From positions 16,169 to 80,168 of the forward strand of contig NZ_JAGXFK010000042.1 of assembly GCF_024637375.1 (NCBI RefSeq): 64,000 nt of DNA, in the 5' to 3' direction. The translations under genes were made by a program, and so were the position numbers. The stretch is from Sediminimonas sp. Lineage in GTDB: Bacteria; Pseudomonadota; Alphaproteobacteria; Rhodobacterales; Rhodobacteraceae. This document shows positions 38,062 through 48,969 of the stretch, piece by piece. Below the pieces are notes generated by a model. That model was given only the letters and a program-made list of their open reading frames with translations. It did not search any database and was not told where the DNA came from. Numbering within the stretch: the first letter of the stretch is position 1; every line of letters begins with the position of its first letter.

Positions 38062-39234
38062 TCAAACCCGTTCGATGGCGATCGCCGTACCTTCGCCGCC
38101 ACCGATGCAGATCGCCGCGATGCCTCGCTTGAGGTCGTGCTTTTCCAGGGCGTTGAGCAAGGTGACCATGATCCGCGCGCCAGAGGCGCCGATCGGGTGG
38201 CCGAGGGCGCAAGCGCCGCCGTTTACGTTGACCTTTTCGCGCGGGATGTTCACCTCGTGCATGAAGGCCATCGGCACCACGGCGAAGGCTTCGTTGACCT
38301 CCCACAGATCGACGCTGTCCGCTTCCCAGCCGATCCCCTCCAGCAGCTTGCGCGCCGCCGGCACCGGCGCGGTGGTGAACCAGCCCGGCGCCTGGGCATG
38401 GCTGGCGTGGCCAACGATGCGTGCGCGCACGTTCAGGCCCTGTTCCCTGGCGGCCTCCTCCGACGCCAGGACAAGCGCCGCCGCGCCATCCGAGATCGAC
38501 GACGAATTCGCCGCCGTCACCGTGCCGCCATCGCGGAATGCGGGTTTGAGCTGCGGGATCTTCTCGGGGCGGGCCTTGGCCGGTTGCTCATCGGCGGAGA
38601 TCACCACCTCGCCCTTGCGTGAAGGCAGGACGACCTGGGTGATTTCGTCGGCGAAAGCGCCGGTCTTCTCGGCCTCCAGCGCGCTCGACAGCGATCGCAG
38701 GGCATATTCGTCCTGCGCTTCGCGGGTGAACTGGAACTTCTCGGCGCAGTCCTCGGCGAAGGTGCCCATCAGGCGGCCCTTGTCATAGGCGTCTTCCAGC
38801 CCGTCGAGAAACATGTGGTCGATGACCTGCGCGTGACCCAGCCGGGCGCCGCCGCGCATCTTGGGCAGCAGGTAGGGCGCGTTCGACATGCTCTCCATGC
38901 CCCCCGCGACCATGGTGCCGACCTGGCCAAGCGCGATCTGGTCGAAGGCCACCATCGCCGCCTTCATCCCCGATCCGCACATCTTGTTGAGCGTGGTGGC
39001 GGGCACCTCTTCGCCTAGCCCGGCGGCGAAGCCCGCCTGCCGCGCCGGCGCCTGGCCCTGGCCCGCGGGCAGAACGCAGCCCATCACCACCTCGTCGACG
39101 GTTTTGGCGCCGGCCCCGTCCAGCGCGGCGCGAATCGCCGCCGCGCCGAGCGCCGATGCTTCGACACCGTTGAAAACACCCTGAAAGCCGCCCATCGGCG
39201 TGCGCGACGCTCCGGCGATAACAACCTTGCTCAT
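38062..39234 (-). CDS. Acetyl-CoA C-acyltransferase (thiolase)
   Basis: NKMCGSG, NEAFA, GHPIGASG, CIGGG. Confidence 0.93.
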   Translation of the reverse strand: MSKVVIAGASRTPMGGFQGVFNGVEASALGAAAIRAALDGAGAKTVDEVVMGCVLPAGQGQAPARQAGFAAGLGEEVPATTLNKMCGSGMKAAMVAFDQIALGQVGTMVAGGMESMSNAPYLLPKMRGGARLGHAQVIDHMFLDGLEDAYDKGRLMGTFAEDCAEKFQFTREAQDEYALRSLSSALEAEKTGAFADEITQVVLPSRKGEVVISADEQPAKARPEKIPQLKPAFRDGGTVTAANSSSISDGAAALVLASEEAAREQGLNVRARIVGHASHAQAPGWFTTAPVPAARKLLEGIGWEADSVDLWEVNEAFAVVPMAFMHEVNIPREKVNVNGGACALGHPIGASGARIMVTLLNALEKHDLKRGIAAICIGGGEGTAIAIERV

Positions 39235-39324
39235 AGCTTCCCCCTCTTTCACGGTTCCCGAATACCGAATGGTAAGGATCCGGGTCTAGTTTGTAGTTCT
39301 ACGCATAGCCTGTGAGGGGACCAG

Positions 39325-39663
39325 ATGGAAATCCATTGTCGTGACGAAGGCGATATCCGGCTGCTGCATGTCGCCGCAGACCGGATTGATGCCGCCGTCG
39401 CCATCGCCTTCAAGGATCGCATGCGCGCGCTGAGCGATGGCGCACCGGAAACCGTGATCCTTGATTTGTCTGACGTCTCGTTCATCGATTCCAGCGGTCT
39501 CGGCTCGATCGTGGCGGCGATGAAGCAGTTGGGCAGCGACCGCAAGATGCAACTGGCCGGGCTGACCCCCAACGTGGCGCGGGTGTTCCGGCTGACGCGG
39601 ATGGACAAGGTATTCGCGATTCTCGACATGCCGGAAGAAGGGCGCGCGGCAAATGGCGGCTGA
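39325..39663 (+). CDS. STAS-domain anti-anti-sigma factor (RsbV/RbaV-like)
   Basis: LDLSDVSFIDSSGLG phospho-Ser motif, VFRLTRMD. Confidence 0.88.
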   Translation: MEIHCRDEGDIRLLHVAADRIDAAVAIAFKDRMRALSDGAPETVILDLSDVSFIDSSGLGSIVAAMKQLGSDRKMQLAGLTPNVARVFRLTRMDKVFAILDMPEEGRAANGG

Positions 39664-40156
39664 CGGCGGGCCGGGCGGTGACGCATCGTCCGCACCTTTC
39701 ACGCAACGTCTGCACATCAGCCTGGTCAGCGACGCAGGCGAAATCCGCTGCGCGCTCGACCGGATCATGGACCATGCCACGACCTTCTGCAGCGACGAGG
39801 CCGCGCTCGGCGCGGTGCAGATCGTGCTGGCGGAGGTGCTCAACAACATCTCCGAGCATGCCTATGTCCGGCGGCCCGGGGACGGCATCATCATGATCAC
39901 CTGCACCATCGCGCCCGGGGCGCTGCGCTTTGCGGTGCTGGACAAGGGCCGCGAAATGCCGGTCGCGGCGCTGGACAAGGGGTCGCGGCACCGGCGTTAC
40001 TCCGCGCAGGAGGAGTTACCCGAGGGCGGCTTCGGCTGGCACCTGATCCGGTCGCTGAGCACCAACCTGAGCTACGCGCGGCGACGGGGCCGCAACCGCC
40101 TGTGCTTCGACATCCCGATGGCAGCGCCGCGTTCGTGCAATAAGGGTGACACCTGA
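39653..40156 (+). CDS. Anti-sigma factor / Ser kinase (RsbW/RbaW-like)
   Basis: EVLNNISEHAY N-box, DKG, EGGFGW G-box; overlaps STAS gene. Confidence 0.83.
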   Translation: MAADGGPGGDASSAPFTQRLHISLVSDAGEIRCALDRIMDHATTFCSDEAALGAVQIVLAEVLNNISEHAYVRRPGDGIIMITCTIAPGALRFAVLDKGREMPVAALDKGSRHRRYSAQEELPEGGFGWHLIRSLSTNLSYARRRGRNRLCFDIPMAAPRSCNKGDT

Positions 40157-40391
40157 TCATGCCATCGCCCCCGAAATGCCCAGATCCGATCCAAGTGTTG
40201 ACCGATTCCCACAGCATAAACGGGGATGTAGCTGGATGAAGCTTCCCTCGGCGCCGCGGTTTTCACAGCCCCCACCCAGTGCGCGGCGTCGAGGTCTTTT
40301 CCCCAACATCTCCCATCGCGGCGCGGCCGACAGGGGTTGCCCTGCTGGCGCAGCGCGGTAGGTTGACCGGTGTCAACCTAAGGGGGACGGC

Positions 40392-41969
40392 ATGCGTGAT
40401 TTCCACTTTCCCGGTCGCTCGCCGGTTCTGGCCACCGGGGGCATTTGTGCCACCTCGCACCCGCTTGCGGCAAAGGCTGCGGTCAACGTCCTGGAACGCG
40501 GCGGCAACGCCATGGATGCCGCCATCGCCGGCGCGGTGCTGCTGGGCATTTGCGAGCCGCACATGACCGGCATCGGCGGCGACTGTTTCGTGTTGTTCTC
40601 GAAGCCCGGCAGCGACGCGGTCGAGGCGTTCAACGGCTCGGGGCGCGCGCCAGCGGGCGCCGATGCGGGCGCCCTGCGTGCCCGCGGCTGCACGGCGGTG
40701 CCGCTGGAAAGCGCCGAGGCGGTCACCATCCCCGGCGCCATCGACGCCTTCTGCACCCTGTCGGAAAGCCACGGCAAGCTGGGGCTGGACGCGGTTCTTG
40801 CGCCCGCGATCCACTATGCCGAGGCCGGCGTGCCGGTAGCCCCCCGCGTGGCGCGGGACTGGGCGGAAAGTTGCGGCCGGCTCGACGCGGTCGGGCAGCG
40901 GCATTTCACCTTCGGCGGCGCCCCCGGCACGGTGGGGCAGGTGTTTCGCGCCCCGGGCCAGGCCGAGGTGCTGCGCCGCATCGCCCGCGACGGGCGCAGC
41001 GCGTTCTACGAGGGCGAGGTCGCCGACGACATGATCGCCGCCCTGCACCGCCATGGCGGGGTGCACGACGCGGCCGATTTCGCCGCCAACCGCAGCACCG
41101 AGGCGCAGCCGGTGGCCGGCCCCTACAAGGGCGCGGAACTGGTCGAGCATCCGCCCAACGGCCAGGGCGCGACGGCGATCCTGCTGCTCAACATCCTGTC
41201 GCATTTCGACATCGCGAGCATGGACCCGCATGGCCCGGAGAGGGCCCATATCGAGGCCGAGGCGACCAAGCTGGCCTATGATGCGCGCAACCGCTTCATC
41301 GCCGATCCAGACCACAGTGCCCGGCTTGACCACATGCTGGCGCCGGACACTGCCTCGCGGCTGGCGGCGCTGATAGACCCGAACCGCGTGATCGACGCCG
41401 CCGCGCCGCTGACCGAGGCGGTTCACCGCGACACCGTCTACATCACCGTGGTTGACCGCGACCAGATGGCGGTGTCGCTGATCTATTCGCTCTTTCATCC
41501 CTTCGGGTCGGGCATCGCGTCGGAAAAGTTCGGCATCCTGCTGCAAAACCGTGGCGCGGGGTTCACGCTGGAGCCTGGGCACCCCAACGAATACGCCCCC
41601 GGCAAGCGCCCGATGCACACGATCATCCCCGGCATGTTGCGCCGCGGGGGGCGGCTGGTCATGCCCTTCGGCGTGATGGGCGGCGCCTATCAGCCCGCCG
41701 GTCACGCGCGCTTCGTCTCGAACCTGGTCGATTTCGGCATGTCCCCGCAGGAGGCAATCGACGCCCCGCGCAGCTTTGCCGATGGCGGCGTGCTCAAGGT
41801 CGAAAAGGGCTATGATGCCAGCGCCCGGACATACCTCTCCGACCTCGGCCACCGCGTCGAGATACCCGATGCGCCGCTTGGCGGGGGCCAGGCGATCCTG
41901 ATCCGCGAGGATGGCGTGTTCGAAGGTGCGTCCGACCCGCGCAAGGACGGCTGCGCCCTGGGCTACTGA
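40392..41969 (+). CDS. ggt: Gamma-glutamyltransferase family protein
   Basis: GGNAMDAAIA, GIGGD, DTVY nucleophile Thr, KRPMHTIIP, DPRKDG. Confidence 0.9.
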   Translation: MRDFHFPGRSPVLATGGICATSHPLAAKAAVNVLERGGNAMDAAIAGAVLLGICEPHMTGIGGDCFVLFSKPGSDAVEAFNGSGRAPAGADAGALRARGCTAVPLESAEAVTIPGAIDAFCTLSESHGKLGLDAVLAPAIHYAEAGVPVAPRVARDWAESCGRLDAVGQRHFTFGGAPGTVGQVFRAPGQAEVLRRIARDGRSAFYEGEVADDMIAALHRHGGVHDAADFAANRSTEAQPVAGPYKGAELVEHPPNGQGATAILLLNILSHFDIASMDPHGPERAHIEAEATKLAYDARNRFIADPDHSARLDHMLAPDTASRLAALIDPNRVIDAAAPLTEAVHRDTVYITVVDRDQMAVSLIYSLFHPFGSGIASEKFGILLQNRGAGFTLEPGHPNEYAPGKRPMHTIIPGMLRRGGRLVMPFGVMGGAYQPAGHARFVSNLVDFGMSPQEAIDAPRSFADGGVLKVEKGYDASARTYLSDLGHRVEIPDAPLGGGQAILIREDGVFEGASDPRKDGCALGY

Positions 41970-42002
41970 CCGCGCCCGGAAGTAACGCAACCCGCGGCCG
42001 CC

Positions 42003-42329
42003 TCAGTTCAACTGGAAATCCAGCGGGTAGTGGCCATCCTCGAACGGACCGAAAAGATCGGGGATGTCGGGGTGGTCCACCGGCTCGCCAGAATAATCGG
42101 CGACGAGGTTCTGCTCGGACACGTAGGCGATGTAATAGCTTTGGTCGTTTTCCGCCAACAGGTGGTAGAAGGGCTGCTCGCGATGAGGACGGCTGTCCTC
42201 GGGGATGGCATCGTACCATTCCTCGGAATTGCTGAACTCGGGGTCCACGTCGAACACCACCCCGCGGAAGGGATGCTTCTTGTGGCGGACGACTTGGCCG
42301 AGGTGATATTTCGCGCGCGTTTTCAACAT
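42003..42329 (-). CDS. hspQ: Heat shock protein HspQ
   Basis: GQVVRH, RGVVFDVDP, QPFYHLLAE, AYVSEQNL. Confidence 0.92.
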   Translation of the reverse strand: MLKTRAKYHLGQVVRHKKHPFRGVVFDVDPEFSNSEEWYDAIPEDSRPHREQPFYHLLAENDQSYYIAYVSEQNLVADYSGEPVDHPDIPDLFGPFEDGHYPLDFQLN

Positions 42330-42547
42330 GACGGTCGTGCCCCTACCAAGCAAATCTAGCCGCAACAAGGGGGGTTGTCCAACTGCTGAGGGCTTTGCGA
42401 CAGAAACAGACTGTCAACGCCTTCACGAAAATGTGCCGCCGCACCGGTGCCGTGCGGCAATCAGGGTGCGGCAAGCCCGGGTTTGGCGTTTCCTCGCGGC
42501 CGCGTTTCAGCTAGACTGCATGAAAAACAAACGGGGCGTAGAGGCAG

Positions 42548-43138
42548 ATGAGCAGAACCCTTCGCGCGTTGATCGTTATCCTTGTGCTGGCCTCCTGCGG
42601 CGGCGGGGAACGGTCTGCGCCACGCAATCTTGATGACGCCTGCGCGATCCTGAGCGACAGGCCGGTCTACGGGCGCGCCTTCAAGGCGGCACAGCGCAAA
42701 TGGGGCGTGCCTGTGCCGGTGCAGATGGCAGTCATCTACCAGGAAAGCAAATTTGACGCCCGGGCGCGCACGCCGCTGCGCTATGCGCTCGGGATCATCC
42801 CGATGGGCCGGCAAAGCTCGGCCTACGGCTACGGTCAGGCGCTCGACGGCACGTGGGAGGACTACCAGCGCGACCAGCGGCAATACAGCGCCCGGCGCGA
42901 CCGGATATTCGACGCGACCGATTTCATGGGCTGGTACATGAACAAGACGAAGGAACGCAACGGCATCCCGCTGAACGATGCACGCAACCAGTACCTGGCC
43001 TATCACGAAGGGCACGGCGGGTTTTCGCGCGGCACCTACCGGCGCAAGAGCTGGCTGATGCGGATATCGAGCGAGGTCGCGTCGCGTGCCGCCACCTATG
43101 ACGCGCAGCTTGCCACTTGTGGCCGGCGCTGGCGCTGA
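42548..43138 (+). CDS. Lytic transglycosylase-like lipoprotein
   Basis: Lipobox LASC, QESKF, SSAYGYGQA, YLAYHEG. Confidence 0.85.
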   Translation: MSRTLRALIVILVLASCGGGERSAPRNLDDACAILSDRPVYGRAFKAAQRKWGVPVPVQMAVIYQESKFDARARTPLRYALGIIPMGRQSSAYGYGQALDGTWEDYQRDQRQYSARRDRIFDATDFMGWYMNKTKERNGIPLNDARNQYLAYHEGHGGFSRGTYRRKSWLMRISSEVASRAATYDAQLATCGRRWR

Positions 43139-43147
43139 GCGCGCAAC

Positions 43148-43768
43148 TCAGCGGGTTGGCTCGCGGCGGCCCTGTTCCAGTTGGATGCTGAACAGCGACG
43201 CGGGCAAGGCATCGGGTTCCGAGAGCTGACCCAGCACCACCGTGGTGCTGGAGCCGCTGTCATCGTTGATGACCCATTGGCGCAGTTCGACCGGGTCGCC
43301 GGTGAAGACCAGCTCGATGGTGCCGTATTCGGGGTGCGCCGGATCCTGCGCCGTGACGACGGTCGCGGGGCCGCGGCGGTCGTGCGCGACCACCATGTCG
43401 GCGCGCCCCAGATCCACGTTCTCGGACAGGATAAGCGACAACGGCGTGCGTTCCAGCGGGTAGGTCTGCGGGCCCTGGTTGCTTTTCGGGTCGAAGATGG
43501 CCACGGCGTTGCCGCCGGCGATCACCACGGAGTCCTCGGGCTCGTCATAGGCAAAACGCATCCGGCCGGGGCGGTTGATGTAAAGCGTGCCTGTGGTGAT
43601 GCTACCATCGTCGCTGATCTGGGTAAACTCGCCCTGTGCCAGCCGCATATCGTTCAGGTACGCCGAAAGCGTCGACAGCGGCAATGGCGACGAAGCCTCT
43701 TCGGCCAGCGCCACCGGGGCAAGCAACACGGCGGCAACCGCCGCGAACAGGGATCGCAAGCTCATCAT
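43148..43768 (-). CDS. lolA: Outer-membrane lipoprotein carrier LolA
   Basis: Signal peptide, GEFTQ, RPGRMRFAY, TPLSLIL; follows ftsK. Confidence 0.88.
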   Translation of the reverse strand: MMSLRSLFAAVAAVLLAPVALAEEASSPLPLSTLSAYLNDMRLAQGEFTQISDDGSITTGTLYINRPGRMRFAYDEPEDSVVIAGGNAVAIFDPKSNQGPQTYPLERTPLSLILSENVDLGRADMVVAHDRRGPATVVTAQDPAHPEYGTIELVFTGDPVELRQWVINDDSGSSTTVVLGQLSEPDALPASLFSIQLEQGRREPTR

Positions 43769-43840
43769 GGCTGATACCTATTCACTACCACTGTCCGCGT
43801 CATCCCCGCGACCATCACGAAATCGCGATTTCGCCCACGC

Positions 43841-46675
43841 CTATTGCTCGGGTACCAGAATCTCGCGCTTGCCGACATGGTTGGCGGGGCTGACCACGCT
43901 CTGGTCCTCCATCTGCTCGACCAGCCGCGCGGCCTTGTTGTAGCCGATCGCCAGCTTGCGCTGGATGTAGGAGGTCGAGCACTTGCGATCCTTGATGACG
44001 ATCGCCACCGCCTGGTCGTAAAGCGCATCCTCGCCATCGGTATTGCCGCCCAGCCCCAGCACCTGGTCGATGCTGCTTTCGCGGCCCTCGTCGGGGCCCT
44101 CGACGACGCCGCCGACGTATTCCGGCGCGCCGAACGATTTGAGGTAGCGCACCACCTCCTCGACCTCCTCGTCGCTGACGAAAGGACCGTGGCAGCGCGT
44201 GATCCGCGCGCCGCCGGCCATGTAGAGCATGTCGCCCATGCCCAGCAATTGCTCGGCCCCCATTTCGCCCAGGATGGTGCGGCTGTCGATCTTGCTGGTC
44301 ACCTGGAAACTGATCCGGGTCGGGAAGTTGGCCTTGATGGTGCCGGTGATGACATCGACCGAAGGCCGCTGCGTGGCCATGATCAGGTGGATGCCGCTGG
44401 CCCGCGCCATCTGCGCCAGGCGCTGGATGCAAGCCTCGATCTCCTTCCCGGCAACCATCATCAGGTCGGCCATCTCGTCGACGATGACGACGATATAGGG
44501 CATCTTCTCGGGGGCGAATTCCTCCGTTTCGAATACCGGCTCGCCGGTCTCGTCGTCGAATCCCGTCTGCACGGTGCGCGAGAACATCTCGCCCTTGGCC
44601 AGCGCATCGGCCACGCGGCTGTTGTAGCCGTCGATGTTGCGCACCCCCATCTTCGACATCTTGCGATAGCGTTCCTCCATCTCGCCGACCACCCACTTGA
44701 GCGCCACGACCGCCTTTTTCGGGTCGGTCACCACCGGGCTGAGCAGGTGCGGGATGCCGTCGTAGACCGAAAGCTCCAGCATCTTCGGGTCGATCATGAT
44801 CAGCCGGCATTCCTCGGGGCTGAGCTTGTAGAGAAGCGACAGGATCATGGTGTTGATCGCCACCGACTTGCCCGACCCGGTCGTCCCGGCGATCAGCAGG
44901 TGCGGCATCTTGGCAAGGTTGGCGACGATCGGATCGCCACCGATATCCTTGCCCAGGGCCAGCGGCAGTTTCTGGTTGCCATCGCCGAAATCGCGGGTCG
45001 AGAGGATTTCGCGAAAGCTGACCATCTCGCGGTTCTCGTTGGGCAGCTCGATGCCGATCACCGAGCGGCCCGGCACCGTCGAGACGCGCGCCGAAAGCGC
45101 CGCCATCGACCGGGCGATGTCATCGGCCAGCCCGATCACGCGGCTGGCCTTGAGGCCGGGCGCGGGTTCCAGTTCGTACATCGTCACCACCGGACCGGGG
45201 CGGACACTGACGATCTCTCCCTTGACGCCGTAATCGTCAAGAACCGTCTCCAGCATGCGGGCGTTTTCCTCCAGCGCCTCGTCGCTGAGGTGATGGCGCT
45301 CGACGCGGTCGGGGTTCATCAGCAGGCTGAGCGGCGGCAATTCGTACTCGGTTTGCGGCTCGTCGAACTGCAGCGTTGGCTGTGCTTCGGCCTTGGCGCG
45401 CTCGGACGGTTGCAGCGGCTTGCGCGGCGCGTGCTGGACAACCTTGCGCGGCTCGGCCACCGGGATGGTCATCGGCTGCTGGTGCGGGGCGGCAGCGGCG
45501 GCCCCCGAGGGCCTATCATCGACCATGGCACCCGGCTCGCTGGCGGGATCGGCCGCGCGCTCAGGGACGGGGGGCACCGAGGCTGCGCGCATCGGCCCCC
45601 GCGGCCCGGTCAATGGCGGCTCCGGCGGCACGTTGGCCTGGTCGAGCGCGCCGATGCGCCCGCCGCCCGCACCCGCCGCGACAGCAGCCGGGGTCGCGCG
45701 GACGCGGCTCTTGATCACGTCGGCGATCTTGGCCCTGATACGGTCGTCGCCGGGCATCTCCTCGACATCCGCGACCGGCTCGCGTTCGATCAGCTCGGGC
45801 TCGGGCAGCGGCTCGGGCATGCGGCGCACGAGCGAAGGCATGCGCCCCAGCAGACCGCCCCGGGCCGCGGGCTCTGGCGTCGCGGCGGCTGGCGCCGGCG
45901 TTTCGGCACGCCTCACCGATGCGGCGGCGTCTCTGCCCTGTGCCACCTCCGGCTCGGGCCGCACACGCGCCGCCCGGCGCTCGTTGCGCCTTGCGGCCAG
46001 GCCGCGCGCGCCGCCGGCCACCGCCCGCACGGTGAAGGCAAGCACCCGCATCAGGCCGACATAGGCCACCACCAGCCCCAGAGCCAGGAACCGCGCGATG
46101 CGCCTGACCTCGGATCGGGTGAAACCAAGCACGAAGGCGCCGAACCCCACCATGAGCAGCGCCAGCGCAAGCGACAGCGTCTTCAGCCCGATGCTGGCGC
46201 TCACCGGCAGGACGCCCAGCATGGCGCCCAGCACCATGTCGCCGAACAACCCGCCCAGCCCGAAGCTGTGGCTCCATCCCGGCCCGGGCACCAGCGACGC
46301 CGCGTAGACCGACGCCAGCGCGATGGCGATCGGGGCGAAGATCAGGCGACTCATGGCACGCCCCTCGCCCAAGTGCAGGGCAAGGCGCACGCCCCAGCCC
46401 GCCAGCGTGATGGCGATGCCCCAGGCGCCCCAGCCCACGATCATGAACAGCGGCGCGGCGATGCTGGCGCCGATGGGGCCGGTCCAGTTGCGCACCGGTT
46501 CGTCGGTCGCCGAAAGGAACGAGGGATCATCCGGGTGATAAGACAGGGTCATCGCGGCCGCGGCCAGTGCCAGGGCGACCAGCAGGACGCCGAGAAGCTC
46601 CTTGCCGCGTTTTTCCAGTGCCGCCTGCACGTCACTGTCGAACAATGGTTCGCGTCCCCGTGTCTGATATGCCAT
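43841..46675 (-). CDS. ftsK: DNA translocase FtsK
   Basis: N-terminal TM domain, Pro/Ala linker, [21 protein letters not shown], gamma domain IGYNKAA. Confidence 0.96.
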   Translation of the reverse strand: MAYQTRGREPLFDSDVQAALEKRGKELLGVLLVALALAAAAMTLSYHPDDPSFLSATDEPVRNWTGPIGASIAAPLFMIVGWGAWGIAITLAGWGVRLALHLGEGRAMSRLIFAPIAIALASVYAASLVPGPGWSHSFGLGGLFGDMVLGAMLGVLPVSASIGLKTLSLALALLMVGFGAFVLGFTRSEVRRIARFLALGLVVAYVGLMRVLAFTVRAVAGGARGLAARRNERRAARVRPEPEVAQGRDAAASVRRAETPAPAAATPEPAARGGLLGRMPSLVRRMPEPLPEPELIEREPVADVEEMPGDDRIRAKIADVIKSRVRATPAAVAAGAGGGRIGALDQANVPPEPPLTGPRGPMRAASVPPVPERAADPASEPGAMVDDRPSGAAAAAPHQQPMTIPVAEPRKVVQHAPRKPLQPSERAKAEAQPTLQFDEPQTEYELPPLSLLMNPDRVERHHLSDEALEENARMLETVLDDYGVKGEIVSVRPGPVVTMYELEPAPGLKASRVIGLADDIARSMAALSARVSTVPGRSVIGIELPNENREMVSFREILSTRDFGDGNQKLPLALGKDIGGDPIVANLAKMPHLLIAGTTGSGKSVAINTMILSLLYKLSPEECRLIMIDPKMLELSVYDGIPHLLSPVVTDPKKAVVALKWVVGEMEERYRKMSKMGVRNIDGYNSRVADALAKGEMFSRTVQTGFDDETGEPVFETEEFAPEKMPYIVVIVDEMADLMMVAGKEIEACIQRLAQMARASGIHLIMATQRPSVDVITGTIKANFPTRISFQVTSKIDSRTILGEMGAEQLLGMGDMLYMAGGARITRCHGPFVSDEEVEEVVRYLKSFGAPEYVGGVVEGPDEGRESSIDQVLGLGGNTDGEDALYDQAVAIVIKDRKCSTSYIQRKLAIGYNKAARLVEQMEDQSVVSPANHVGKREILVPEQ

Positions 46676-46691
46676 TCCTGCCCTCGCAGCC

Positions 46692-47870
46692 TTAGTTGTA
46701 CGTGCAGTCGCGCAGCGCCATCAGGCCTGCCTGCATCTGTTGTTCCGGGGCCACCATCGCGACCCTGATATACTTCCTTCCCGGGTTCTCGCCCGCCACC
46801 TCGCGGCTCAGGTAGGCACCGGGCAGCACCCGCACGCCGGTCTTGCGCCAGGCCGTGAGCGCGGCCGCCTCGCCGTCTTCGACCGGCAACCACAGGAAAA
46901 AACCCGCCTCGGGCGGCCGATAGCCCGGCACGTCGCCAAAGATCGCGTCGGCGATGTCGTATTTGCGCTGATACAGCCGCCGGTTCTCGCGCACGTGCGC
47001 CTCATCCGACCAGGCGCGCTCGGCCACCGCCTGCAACGGCAGCGGCAGCGGCGCCCCGGCATAGGCGCGCAACTGGCGCACCCGTGCCATGGATTGCGGG
47101 CCGCCAGCAACGAAACCCGACCGCAGCCCCGGCAGGTTGGAGCGTTTCGACAACGAATGAAAGACCAGCACGCGCTCGGGGTCGGCGCCAACCTCCCGCG
47201 CCACCTGCAACGCGCCCGGCGGCGGCATGTCGCGGTAGATTTCCGAATAGCACTCGTCGGCGAAGATGCGAAAGCCGTGCTTTTCGGCCAGCGCGATCAG
47301 ATCGGCCCAGTAGTCGCGGCTTGCCACCGCGCCCTGCGGGTTGGAAGGCGAGCACACGTAGACCGCCGCCAGGCGGTCGAGTACATCGGCGCCAAGCCTT
47401 GCGAAATCGGGCAGAAACCCGGTTTCCCGCGTGGCGGGAACGAACACCGGCTCGGCCCCCACCGACAGCGCACCAACCATGTAGACCTGGTAGAACGGGT
47501 TGGGCAGGGCCACCGCCGGGCGGGCACCTGCCTTGGCCTCGGGCACCAGCGCCATGCAGACGTTGTAAAGCCCCTCGCGCGTGCCGTTGAGCGCCATCAC
47601 CTCGGTATCCGGGTCGACCTGCACACCGTAGCGGCGGTGCAGCCAACCGGCGATGGCGCCGCGCAAACCCTCGCTGCCTTCATTGGGCGGGTAGCGGGCG
47701 AATTCGTCCACATGCGCGGCCAGAACCTCGCCCACCCAGCCGGGGAAAGGGTGCTTCGGCTCGCCGATGGACATGTGCACCACCTCGCCACCCGGCGCGT
47801 GCGCGTCGAGAAGCGCCCGCAAACGCGGGAACGCATAGGCCGGTAGGTTCGAAAACCGCTCGGGAAACAT
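46692..47870 (-). CDS. Class I/II aminotransferase (DapC-like)
   Basis: [26 protein letters not shown]. Confidence 0.85.
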   Translation of the reverse strand: MFPERFSNLPAYAFPRLRALLDAHAPGGEVVHMSIGEPKHPFPGWVGEVLAAHVDEFARYPPNEGSEGLRGAIAGWLHRRYGVQVDPDTEVMALNGTREGLYNVCMALVPEAKAGARPAVALPNPFYQVYMVGALSVGAEPVFVPATRETGFLPDFARLGADVLDRLAAVYVCSPSNPQGAVASRDYWADLIALAEKHGFRIFADECYSEIYRDMPPPGALQVAREVGADPERVLVFHSLSKRSNLPGLRSGFVAGGPQSMARVRQLRAYAGAPLPLPLQAVAERAWSDEAHVRENRRLYQRKYDIADAIFGDVPGYRPPEAGFFLWLPVEDGEAAALTAWRKTGVRVLPGAYLSREVAGENPGRKYIRVAMVAPEQQMQAGLMALRDCTYN

Positions 47871-48011
47871 GATGCACTGCCTCAAGGTTCGGGATCGTTA
47901 CCGCCCCGTTGCCGGACAGAGTAGCGAAACGGGGCGAGTGCGTCCAGAACAACAGTCGCCCGTGCGGCCACAACAGCGAAAGCTGCGGCAAATGTGCCCG
48001 CACTGTCGCGT

Positions 48012-48830
48012 TCAGTCGCCCAGCTTGGCGTGTATCTCGTCAAGGTCGATCTCGCCCGTCGGCATCTTGTTGGCGGGGTTCTCGAAATCGTATTTGAACA
48101 GGCGAAAGTCGCGCTTGTAGATCTCATAGACCAGGTGCATCGACAAATCGTCGAAATAGTCCTCGACAGGGTGCGCCCGCTTGGGGCCGTGACCTTCGGA
48201 TTCGTTGAAGCGCGGCACCTTTTGCAGATCGACGTCGTGCGGCGTCTCGACCGCGTCCAGCACCTGCTGCATGCCCTCGTTGAACCGCTCGGTCCAGAAG
48301 ATGTGGTCGTAGCGCCCGCCATTGATGATGAAGGTCGAAACATGCCCCGACATCGCCGACCAGTGGATGTCGGGTTCCATCGGGCGGCGCCAGCGGATCG
48401 TGTCGCGCGCGAACAGCAGAAAGCGGCGAAAGCTGGCGATCTGGTCGAATTCCTCGTCCCCGTCCGCGCCGCCTATCTCGACACCGTATTTCTGTACCAG
48501 GAGCGGCACTAGGTTGCCGCGATAGCGCTTACCGTTGCGCTGGATGCCGCACACCTTGTCGAAGAACGAACTCAGGATACGGGTGTAGGGGTTGCGCACA
48601 CAGGTGAAGGCATACGAACGGTGCCCCTTGATGTTGTCGGTGATGCGCTGTTGGCTGTCCTCGATGGCCCACTTGTGGATGCCGCTGCGCGCGTCGTGGA
48701 TGTCGCCGTCAAAGAATTCGCCATGATCCGAATAGTACATGATCTGGCCGATCGTCGAGCAGGCGCATTTCGGCACCACGCGGTACACCATGCTTTCGCT
48801 TGTCGTCATCCACGTTCCGGGAAACCCCAT
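48012..48830 (-). CDS. Sulfotransferase (Sulfotransfer_2 family)
   Basis: 5'-PSB VPKCACST and 3'-PB VRNPYTRILSSF motifs, DIHW; AAGGAGG RBS. Confidence 0.82.
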   Translation of the reverse strand: MGFPGTWMTTSESMVYRVVPKCACSTIGQIMYYSDHGEFFDGDIHDARSGIHKWAIEDSQQRITDNIKGHRSYAFTCVRNPYTRILSSFFDKVCGIQRNGKRYRGNLVPLLVQKYGVEIGGADGDEEFDQIASFRRFLLFARDTIRWRRPMEPDIHWSAMSGHVSTFIINGGRYDHIFWTERFNEGMQQVLDAVETPHDVDLQKVPRFNESEGHGPKRAHPVEDYFDDLSMHLVYEIYKRDFRLFKYDFENPANKMPTGEIDLDEIHAKLGD

Positions 48831-48969
48831 GAACACATCCTCCTTGGCAGGCGCGCCTCCGCACCGCGACAGTTGTGCATCAAAAAACAAAAGAAAGCAT
48901 GTTTATTCAACGCTTTTTGGTCTGTATCTATCCAGACAATGATTTTGAACAGGGGCCTTCGTTTCCAGA

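Noticed and set aside
42354-42382. Possible RpoH promoter for hspQ (TTG...CTAGAT)
   Set aside because: Spacing is about 20 nt, too long for a confident call.
45400-46000. Low-complexity Pro/Ala-rich stretch
   Set aside because: Ordinary FtsK linker.
43844-46768. 974-aa plus-strand ORF, and similar long ORFs at 2746-4929, 15283-17799, 33978-35504 and 51812-54541
   Set aside because: Antisense shadows of well-supported genes; stop-poor reverse frames are expected in high-GC coding DNA, and no protein motifs are recognisable.
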